From: an uncultured Verrucomicrobiota bacterium
GTDB lineage: Bacteria; Verrucomicrobiota; Verrucomicrobiia; Limisphaerales; CAIMTB01
DNA: 64,000 nt
Assembly (NCBI GenBank): GCA_964389135.1
Contig: CAYMDA010000004.1
Coordinates: 72,832 to 136,831 of the forward strand
Direction of reading: 5' to 3'
Shown: one piece after another, positions 48,204-55,464 of the stretch
Position numbering within the stretch: position 1 is the first letter of the stretch
Layout of the letters: each line of letters begins with the position of its first letter
Made by a program: the position numbers and the translations under genes
Notes under the pieces: model-generated
Database searches by the model: none
The model's input: only the letters and a program-made list of their open reading frames with translations
What the model was told of the DNA's origin: nothing

Positions 48204-49208
48204 TCACGGCGGCCCCGTCGCCGCCGAGGAACTCCGTGGCTCGGGAGCCGTCACCGGCCGCAACCGGAATCGTTTCAGGGAGTAGATCGGCGGATCGACG
48301 CCGCGCAAGCGGCGCGCGCCCTCCGTCCGGCGTGGATTGAAGAACTCCCGGATCCCGACGAAGACCTCGTTCACGAAGCCGCGCGACCCGATCACGACGC
48401 CTTCGACGAGGTATCGGACCCGGCACCGCACCAGTTGCTCCGCGGTGAGTCGCCCGCCGTCCTTCCACGCCTGCGCGATCGCCGCGGGATCAGGGCCCGC
48501 GCGGGATTGCCGCCTCCTGCAGTGGATCAGCCTTCGGTACGCCTCGAGACTCTGGAGTCCCGGAGGGAGCACCGACTCGAGGGCGCGCGCCTGCGAAACG
48601 TTGCCGGCCACCGCCTCCGCGTAACCGTTCCATCGATAGTCGATGGGATCCTCAACGAGACGGGCGCGGACAGGATTGAGGTCGATGTAACCGGCGACCA
48701 CCGCCATGGGCAGTGACTGTCCCTCCACGAGGCTGCAGCGGTAGCGTCCTTCCCACAGGGTCCCCACGCGCCCGGCGCGGCGGTTGTACCAGCGGGAGAA
48801 GGTCTGTTTGAGTTCCTGCATGAACCGGCTGATGTTCCACATCCGGTTCAGGTAGGGCTGCATCCAGCGCGTGATTCTTTCAGGATCGTTCGCGGCGGCG
48901 GCGAGCCGGGTGCGGATGGCGATCATCTCCGAGGGCGAATAGAACGCCTCAAGCCGGTCGAGCAGAGTCTCGGGGGTTGGCGGCGGTCGGGGCGGCTTCG
49001 GCACCTCGACGAGCAGGTGGAAGTGATTGCCCATGACGGTGTAGGTAATGATTCGGACGCCGCAGAAAGCCTCGTACCTCCTGAGTTGGCGCACGAAGTA
49101 TTCCTTCTCCACATCGCCGAGTCGCCTGACCCGGTCCACGATGCGGGACGTGCAGTGATAATAGGCGTAGGCGGCATCCTGCGGCGGTCTGACGCGGGGA
49201 AGTCTCAT
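48204..49208 (-). CDS. REP-associated tyrosine transposase-like protein (IS200/IS605 Y1 HUH family, COG1943)
   Basis: ..AYAYYHCTSRIVDR..ITYTVMGNHFHLLVEVP (HUH motif)..RFMQELKQTFSRWYNRR..GTLWEGRYRCSLVE..VVAGYIDLNPVRARLVEDPIDYRWNGY (Tyr region). It is a single gene with no TnpB partner and no terminal inverted repeats. Confidence 0.75.
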   Translation of the reverse strand: MRLPRVRPPQDAAYAYYHCTSRIVDRVRRLGDVEKEYFVRQLRRYEAFCGVRIITYTVMGNHFHLLVEVPKPPRPPPTPETLLDRLEAFYSPSEMIAIRTRLAAAANDPERITRWMQPYLNRMWNISRFMQELKQTFSRWYNRRAGRVGTLWEGRYRCSLVEGQSLPMAVVAGYIDLNPVRARLVEDPIDYRWNGYAEAVAGNVSQARALESVLPPGLQSLEAYRRLIHCRRRQSRAGPDPAAIAQAWKDGGRLTAEQLVRCRVRYLVEGVVIGSRGFVNEVFVGIREFFNPRRTEGARRLRGVDPPIYSLKRFRLRPVTAPEPRSSSAATGPP

Positions 49209-49280
49209 CTCCTTGCAGGGAAGAACGGAGAAAAGGCGGGGAATCTTACAGGAAAAGATGGGAAAATGCGGACATCGCTT

Positions 49281-49684
49281 CACTCACTGGGTGACAGGCT
49301 CCCTGTGCCGCGTCGTGGGGATCTGTGGCTCAGGGAAGGTTTGGCGACCAACACCTGGTGGCGGGCTCGAACGGAAGCCGCCCCGGTCCAGGATCACTCG
49401 GTGACAGGCTCCCGGTGCGGTATCACTGGGTGACAGGCTCCAGGTGCTGGGCTCCGTCTGCCCGTGCGGATGGGCCCATGGGGCGGGCTCGGCGGGATGA
49501 GGCTTTGGACTCCGGAGAATGGGCAGCACCTGGTGACAGGCTCGATGTGGGGCGCGCACCAGGCCGGAGGCTCCATGCGTGGGGTGTCGAGCACCAGCAC
49601 CCCAGCACGTGGTGACAGACTGCGGGTGTCGGACTGCGGGTGTCGGCTCTGGGCGGACACCTGGTGACAGGCTCGATGGTTGGG
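49281..49684 (+). repeat. Array of short interspersed direct repeats, core GGTGACAGGCTC
   Basis: Exact cores lie at 49290-49301, 49400-49411, 49429-49440, 49532-49543 and 49663-49674. Degenerate cores lie at 49357-49368 (GGTGGCGGGCTC) and 49611-49622 (GGTGACAGACTG). Two copies are identical over 21 nt (CACCTGGTGACAGGCTCGATG at 49527-49547 and 49658-49678). Three share (A)TCACT(C/G)GGTGACAGGCTCC. All are in the same orientation in a non-coding interval. Confidence 0.75.
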
Positions 49685-49743
49685 CGGGTCCGATCGGCGT
49701 GGGACTTTGACTTCGAGGGAGGGAGTGATTGAGTGGGGCGAGC

Positions 49744-50646
49744 ATGAATCGCGTCGCCGCCGTCGCTGCCGCCTTCGCGCTCGCCCTGGTGCCACGCTCC
49801 CCAGGAGCAAACGCCGAGTTGGGCATGCAAGCTCCCCCGCTCGAGATCGCCGCCTGGATCCAAGGTTCTCCCGTCGATCCCTCCTCCGGCGCGCAAACGA
49901 ATATCTTTGTCATCGAGTTCTGGGCGACATGGTGCGCTCCGTGTCGCACGAGCATTCCCCACCTGTCCCGTCTCCAGAATCGCTTCCGTGACCGCGGCGT
50001 CGTCGTGGTCGGGGTGAGCACCGAGTCCGCCGACGAAATCAGGCCGTTCGTCGAGCAAATGGGGGAGCGCATGAGTTACACGGTCGCCGCCGATAATCGG
50101 GATCGGACCCGCAAGGCATACATGGAAGCCTTCGGCGTGCAGGGTATTCCTCACGCCTTTGTCGTGGATCGGAACGGACGCATCGCGTGGCACGGTCATC
50201 CGATGGCCGGCCTGGAGGAGGTCGTCGAGGACGTCATCGAGGGACGACACGACATCGACGCCGCACGCAGCGCCCAGCAGGCAGTCCGGATGATGGAGGA
50301 GTATTTCGGGCGACTGATCGATGCGGCCGCCCTCGGCGAGGCGTTCGTGCAAGACCCGGGCGCAACGCCAAGCCTCCTGAACGAGTTCGCATGGATCATT
50401 CTCACGCACCCGCGCATCCATACGCGCGACGTCGGCCTCGCGACGCGCGCCGCAAGACTGGCCCACGAGCGAAGCGGAGGTCGCGACGCGTCCATCATGG
50501 ATACGTACGCGCGGGCTCTGTTCGATTCCGGGCGGGTGGAGGAGGCCATCGAGATGCAGCGGAAGGCGATCGATGCAGCCTCCGATTCCGAGACGCGCGC
50601 CCAACTGGAGGCCACCCTCCAGGCTTACACGGCGCGATTGAATTGA
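49744..50646 (+). CDS. TlpA/ResA-like thioredoxin-fold thiol:disulfide oxidoreductase with helical (TPR-like) C-terminal domain, exported
   Basis: Signal MNRVAAVAAAFALALVPRSPGANA; ..FVIEFWATWCAPCRTSIPHL.. (WCxxC active site); ..GIPHAFVVD..; C-terminal helical repeats (..IMDTYARALFDSGRVEEAIEMQRKAI..). Confidence 0.8.
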   Translation: MNRVAAVAAAFALALVPRSPGANAELGMQAPPLEIAAWIQGSPVDPSSGAQTNIFVIEFWATWCAPCRTSIPHLSRLQNRFRDRGVVVVGVSTESADEIRPFVEQMGERMSYTVAADNRDRTRKAYMEAFGVQGIPHAFVVDRNGRIAWHGHPMAGLEEVVEDVIEGRHDIDAARSAQQAVRMMEEYFGRLIDAAALGEAFVQDPGATPSLLNEFAWIILTHPRIHTRDVGLATRAARLAHERSGGRDASIMDTYARALFDSGRVEEAIEMQRKAIDAASDSETRAQLEATLQAYTARLN

Positions 50647-50673
50647 CGGCCGATCCGGGGGGATAGTCCGCGA

Positions 50674-52998
50674 ATGGCCCGGTCTGGATCGAAAGCTGGG
50701 GATGCGTTCACCTGGTATCGGATGGCGGCGCTGATCCTGCTCGCTGCCGCAACCGGATTGTCGATGTGGCTCGCGGTGCAGTCGGCGCGCCCGGGCGGTG
50801 TGCCCGGCTGCGATGCAGGCGATTGCGCGGAGGTGCTGTCGTCGAAATGGTCGAAGGCCCTCGGCGTGCCGGTGGGGGTGTTCGGCGCGGCAGCCTACGG
50901 CCTGCTGGGAATTCTCGGCATGCGGCCGTTCGCCCGGGAGCAGCGCACGCCGCGAATCGTCGGCGGCGCGCTGGTCCTGATGATTGTGATGGCCGCCCTC
51001 TGGTTCGCCTCGCTGCAGATCTGGGTCCTGAAGGCGTTCTGCCCCTGGTGCACGCTGACGCATACCCTCGCGTGCCTGGGATCGATTCTGATGACGCTGG
51101 CCTGGCGGCGGGATGAGCTGCTTCGGTCCGTCGCCAGGAGGAGGGGTCGAGGCGGCGGGGGGCCTGTCTGGGGGCCGGCCGCGGCGATCGCCGGCGCGAT
51201 GTTCTGCGGTCTCGTCCTTGCGCAGGCGCTGTCGCCGGAGCCTCCGAGGGCTCGCGTCCTGACGGCTTCCATGGAGCAGGCTCCCGAGGAAGGCGGTGAG
51301 CGGGACCAAGGGCCGACGGAGCTCCCCGAGCCGGGTCTGGATCAGGCGGAGCCCCCGGGCGCGGAGCCGTGGGTCGCGTCAGCCGCTGCACCGACTGCCG
51401 AGATCCCCGCCGAGGGTTCCCTCACGGCTCCGGAAAGTGGTGCCGCGCCGGGGAGCGAAGCGCGAGCGGACGCGGGAGGCCGTCCGGAACGCCAGGGAAA
51501 GCTGCTCCTTCACGGAGGACGCTTTGCGCTCGACCCGCACGCCTTGCCGACCATCGGTTCGCCCGATGCCGAGTACCGGATCGTGATGATCTCGGACTAC
51601 ACCTGCCGGCATTGTCGTGCCGCGCACCAGCATCTGCACCAGGTGCGGGAGGTTTTTGACGGGGACCGTCTGGCCGTGGTGAACCTTCCGAGTCACCATG
51701 GCGGCGAGTCCCTCCGGATCCAGCAGCTCATGCTGGCCGCATGGAAGGAGGATCCGTCCGTCTGGCAGGAGGTGGCGGACGAACTCTACATGGAACGGAT
51801 GCCGGTGAATGCCGGCGCGGTCGAGAACGCGCTCGCGTCGCGTCTCGGGGCGGAACGGCTGCGCAAGGCGGTCGTGGAGCACGGTCCGTGGATGAACGAG
51901 GTGATCGGCCTCACGCGTGACATTTACGCGGCCAATCGGGAGCTGACGAAGAGCGGGAGCATCCCTCAGTTCATCATGGGCCGGGAGATCATCGTGGGCG
52001 CGCCGGCGGACGCCGCGGATTTCTTCCAGCTGCTGGAACAGCATCTGGGCCTTGTCCGCACCGAGTTCCCGGTCCTGGAGCTTGCGGGAAACGAGGTGGA
52101 CCTTGGGCGCGCCTTTGCGGGAACGCATCATTCCGTACGGGTGGCCTACCGGAATGTGGGTGAGGCGCCGCTGCAGATCTCACGGGCGAGCCTTCCACCG
52201 GGGGGACGGCTGCTCGGCGGGTTCGGAACGGAGGTTCCGCCAGGGGGAACCTCGGTCGTGGAGTTCAGCGTGTTCGTGCCACGGGAGGACGGTCCGTTCG
52301 AGCAGGTGGTCACGTTGCTGAGCAACGCCCGGACGTCGAGTGTCCCGGTGCGGGTGCGGGGGACGTCCTGGAAGCCGCTCACGATCACCCCGCAGCTGCT
52401 GGACTTCGGGCGGGTGGCGCTGGAGAACGGTCCGACGCAGGGGGTGATGCGCATCGAGTTCAGTGAGGAGGCGGCCCTAGCCTCTGTGCAGAGCCAGCAT
52501 CCCGGCTTCCGCGCGACGCTGAAGGAGGTCACTCCGCGCCGCGCCTATGACCTTGTGGTGGAGACGACCGAGGCGCTCGGCACCGGCCGGCAGCAGGGCG
52601 CGTTTCTGCTGCTGCTGGAGAAGCCGGTTCCGGAGGGATGGCCGGAGTCGGTGGCGGTGGCGGCACGGGCCCATGGTGACCGGGCGGTGTCAGTGACTCC
52701 GGCGACGATCATCGTCCCGGCGGGAGCGTTGCCGAATGCGCGTCACCAGCCGGTGCTGGTGCGATGCAACGACGGGACGGAAGGCTTCGCGGTGACGGGA
52801 GCCGTCCTTGATGGCGGCCCGGCATTCGTGCAGCCGGAGATCCGGGAGGCGGGGCAGGGCGCGTATGTGGTGCAGTTGAGCCTCCCGGCGGGATGGTCCG
52901 CGCCGCCTGCGCCCGCCGTGGCGAGCCTCGTGATCACGACGACCCATCCGGAGTACGCGACCCTCACCGTGCCGATCGTGACCCGCGGCTCCCGGTGA
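50674..52998 (+). CDS. VKOR-domain membrane protein fused to a DsbA-like thioredoxin domain and C-terminal Ig-like (DUF1573-type) domains
   Basis: N-terminal multi-TM region with loop cysteines CDAGDC and the TM-embedded CPWC (VKOR pattern). A Pro/Glu/Ala linker follows, then ..IVMISDYTCRHCRAAHQHL.. (DsbA-like CxxC), then repeats such as ..VDLGRAFAGTHHSVRVAYRNVGEAPLQISRA.. and ..LLDFGRVALENGPTQGVMRIEF.. typical of DUF1573/PapD-like folds. Confidence 0.75.
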   Translation: MARSGSKAGDAFTWYRMAALILLAAATGLSMWLAVQSARPGGVPGCDAGDCAEVLSSKWSKALGVPVGVFGAAAYGLLGILGMRPFAREQRTPRIVGGALVLMIVMAALWFASLQIWVLKAFCPWCTLTHTLACLGSILMTLAWRRDELLRSVARRRGRGGGGPVWGPAAAIAGAMFCGLVLAQALSPEPPRARVLTASMEQAPEEGGERDQGPTELPEPGLDQAEPPGAEPWVASAAAPTAEIPAEGSLTAPESGAAPGSEARADAGGRPERQGKLLLHGGRFALDPHALPTIGSPDAEYRIVMISDYTCRHCRAAHQHLHQVREVFDGDRLAVVNLPSHHGGESLRIQQLMLAAWKEDPSVWQEVADELYMERMPVNAGAVENALASRLGAERLRKAVVEHGPWMNEVIGLTRDIYAANRELTKSGSIPQFIMGREIIVGAPADAADFFQLLEQHLGLVRTEFPVLELAGNEVDLGRAFAGTHHSVRVAYRNVGEAPLQISRASLPPGGRLLGGFGTEVPPGGTSVVEFSVFVPREDGPFEQVVTLLSNARTSSVPVRVRGTSWKPLTITPQLLDFGRVALENGPTQGVMRIEFSEEAALASVQSQHPGFRATLKEVTPRRAYDLVVETTEALGTGRQQGAFLLLLEKPVPEGWPESVAVAARAHGDRAVSVTPATIIVPAGALPNARHQPVLVRCNDGTEGFAVTGAVLDGGPAFVQPEIREAGQGAYVVQLSLPAGWSAPPAPAVASLVITTTHPEYATLTVPIVTRGSR

Positions 52999-53153
52999 GC
53001 CGCGAACGACTTCCGCATCGGTGAGATCCACCAGATCCGGGAGCGACGGCGAATTCTCGGAGAATCCCGGCGGCCGACGACGCGGGTTGAACGCCGGCGC
53101 CGGCGGGATCGGGATTGTAGGGAGGACCTCACCGCGCAAAGCTTGCAGCGGGC

Positions 53154-54392
53154 ATGATTCAAAAGAGGCTGGGCGCGGTTCTCGAAGGACGTCTTCCGGA
53201 GGCGCTGGAGTTCCTGCGCGAAATGGTGGAGGTGAACAGTTACACCGGGAATCGCGCAGGTGTGCTCGAGGTCGCGAGGCGCACGGCGCGGTGGTTCGAG
53301 CCGCTCGGGTTCGCGGCGGAGTTTGTGCCGCACCGTGATGCGGCGCTCGGGGATCACCTGATCCTCACGCGGCGCGGCCGCGGTGGTCGCGGCGGGCGTG
53401 CCGTGGGGATGGTTTCGCACCTGGACACGGTGTTTCCGCCGGAGGAGGAGGAGCGGAACCAGTTTCGATGGAGCCCCCAGGGCGACCGGATCTACGGCCC
53501 GGGCACGATCGACATCAAGGGAGGGACCGCATTGATGTGGCTGGTGCTCCACGCGCTGGCGGAGGGGGATCCGGCGATGTTCGAGGACACCAGCTGGGTG
53601 CTGCTCTGGAATTCATCGGAGGAAACGCTGTCCGAGCATTTCGCCGAGGTGGCGTGCGAACGGCTGGACGGGGAGCGCGCCCTGGCGGCGCTGGTGTTCG
53701 AATCGGAGGGCCGGCCGGAGGGGATCCCGTCGATGGTGGTCGCGCGCAAGGGCCGGGCGACGTTCCGGGTGACGGTGGAGGGGCGCGCGGCGCACGCAGG
53801 CGCGAAGCATGCGCGGGGGGCGAACGCCATCCGGCAACTGGCGCGGGTGGTCGATCGGATCGAGGCGCTGACCGATTCCCGGAGGCATCTGACATTCAAT
53901 GTCGGGCGGGTGGAGGGCGGCGTGGCGGTGAACCGGGTGCCGCACGAGGCATGGGCCGACGTCGAGATGCGCGCCTTTGATCCGGCGGTGTATCGGGACG
54001 GCATGCGATCCATCCTTGCGCTGGCGGGGCAGGGTGACGTGCGTGCGGAGGTGGACGGGCACGCGTGCCGGGTGCGGGTGGAGGTGCTTTCGGAAAGTCC
54101 CCCATGGCCGCGCAACGAGGGCACGGACGGGCTCATGGCGGTCTGGAAAGCCGCGGCGGACGAGCTGGGCAGGCCGCTGGGCGCGGAGGAGCGAGGCGGG
54201 TTGAGCGACGGCAACTGGCTCTGGAAGGCAGTTCCCACACTGGACGGGCTCGGACCGCACGGGGACAACGACCATTGTTCCGAGAGGAGCGCGGACGGGT
54301 CCAAAGTGCCGGAATACCTGCTCGTGTCGTCGCTGGTGCCGAAGGGTTTGCTGAACGCGGTGGCGCTCAGGCGCCTTGTTGCCGGGACATGA
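53154..54392 (+). CDS. M20-family metallopeptidase (carboxypeptidase G2/ArgE/DapE-like)
   Basis: ..MVSHLDTVFP.. (metal His/Asp), ..GPGTIDIKGG.., ..WNSSEETLSE.. (catalytic/metal Glu pair), dimerisation insert, ..GPHGDNDH... Confidence 0.8.
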   Translation: MIQKRLGAVLEGRLPEALEFLREMVEVNSYTGNRAGVLEVARRTARWFEPLGFAAEFVPHRDAALGDHLILTRRGRGGRGGRAVGMVSHLDTVFPPEEEERNQFRWSPQGDRIYGPGTIDIKGGTALMWLVLHALAEGDPAMFEDTSWVLLWNSSEETLSEHFAEVACERLDGERALAALVFESEGRPEGIPSMVVARKGRATFRVTVEGRAAHAGAKHARGANAIRQLARVVDRIEALTDSRRHLTFNVGRVEGGVAVNRVPHEAWADVEMRAFDPAVYRDGMRSILALAGQGDVRAEVDGHACRVRVEVLSESPPWPRNEGTDGLMAVWKAAADELGRPLGAEERGGLSDGNWLWKAVPTLDGLGPHGDNDHCSERSADGSKVPEYLLVSSLVPKGLLNAVALRRLVAGT

Positions 54393-54471
54393 CCCGCTCC
54401 CACTGCCACCGGCCGGACTTGTCGCGCCGTCGCCGATGAGGACCGTTGCCCTCGGCTGAACTTCGGCAAGA

Positions 54472-55464
54472 TTGGCCCCCGTGCGCGTGTTGATCGCCGG
54501 ATGCGGTTACGTTGGAACGGCGCTTGGCGCCCGGCTCGCGTCGAGCGGCCACGAGGTGTGGGGAATGCGTCGCTCGGAGGCGGCGTTTCCCGCGATGCGG
54601 GAGGCGGGCATCCAGCCGATCGCGGCCGACTTCACGCGGCTCCAGGGGGTCATGGTGCCGGCGGGGTGGGACTGGGTGGTTTTCTCGGGTGCTCCGGAGG
54701 CTGGCGACGAGGCGGCGTACCGCGAGACGTACCTGCGCGGGGCGCGCGAGCTCGTGGCATGGCTTGGACCCACTCCCCCGCGGGCCTTTGTTTTCACGGG
54801 GAGCACGGCGGTTTACGGGCAAACCGACGGCTCCGTGGTGACCGAGGAGTCACCGGCGACCCCGAACACCGCGGGCGCACGCGTCCTCGTGGAGACGGAA
54901 CGGATGCTTCAGGGCTGCGCGGAGGCCGGATTCCCGGTTCGGATGCTTCGCATCTCCGGGATCTACGGGCCGGGAAGGAACCGGGTGGCGGCGTTCCTGC
55001 GGGGAGAGGTCGCGTTGAGCGCGGAAGGCCGGCGGCACATGAACATGGTGCACCGCGATGACGTGGTGAGCGCGATCGTGGCGGCGCTGGAACGCGGCCG
55101 GGATGGAGGGGTTTACAACGTGAGCGACAGCACGCCCGTCACCGAACGGGAGTTCATGGAGTGGCTTGCGGCGGCTTTGCGGTGTCCGCTGCCGGAGACC
55201 CGGCCGAGGGCGCCGCGCGGGCGGGCGAGGGGCGTGGGGGACCGTCGCGTGAGCAATGAAAGGCTGCGCCGCGAGCTCGGGTGGGAGCCGCGCTACGCGA
55301 GTTTCCGGGAAGGCTATGAGGCGCTGATCGCGGAGTGGCGGGCGGCGCTGGGCGCGACGTCCCCCGGGCCGGAACTGGTCGTGCCCGGGGCTGCGGGGCT
55401 GGGCGGATCCGCTCCGACGGATCAGTGGTCGTCGTCGTCGGGGAGGTTGTACTCGAGCTCGTAG
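54472..55464 (+). CDS. NAD-dependent epimerase/dehydratase-family (SDR) protein
   Basis: ..VRVLIAGCGYVGTALGARL.. (Rossmann GxGxxG), ..TGSTAVYG.., ..SGIYGPGR... TTG/GTG start. Its 3-prime end overlaps the convergent peptidase gene by about 40 nt. Confidence 0.75.
   Translation: MAPVRVLIAGCGYVGTALGARLASSGHEVWGMRRSEAAFPAMREAGIQPIAADFTRLQGVMVPAGWDWVVFSGAPEAGDEAAYRETYLRGARELVAWLGPTPPRAFVFTGSTAVYGQTDGSVVTEESPATPNTAGARVLVETERMLQGCAEAGFPVRMLRISGIYGPGRNRVAAFLRGEVALSAEGRRHMNMVHRDDVVSAIVAALERGRDGGVYNVSDSTPVTEREFMEWLAAALRCPLPETRPRAPRGRARGVGDRRVSNERLRRELGWEPRYASFREGYEALIAEWRAALGATSPGPELVVPGAAGLGGSAPTDQWSSSSGRLYSSS

Larger units (their letters stand above)
48204..49684 (-). mobile_element. Possible REPtron-like unit: Y1 transposase gene plus adjacent repeat array
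   Basis: The HUH/Y1 gene is juxtaposed with the 49281-49684 repeat cluster. See the findings entry. Confidence 0.4.

Noticed and set aside
49281-49684. Possible CRISPR array
   Set aside because: The repeat cores are only 12-21 nt, the spacing is irregular (29-103 bp), the copies are degenerate, and no cas genes or leader are present in the window.
49284-51309. Long minus-strand ORFs (49284..50072 and 49423..51309) and short plus-strand ORFs crossing the repeat array
   Set aside because: They translate the repeats into reiterated peptides (..VTGS..) or run antisense to the thioredoxin and VKOR genes. There is no coding bias.
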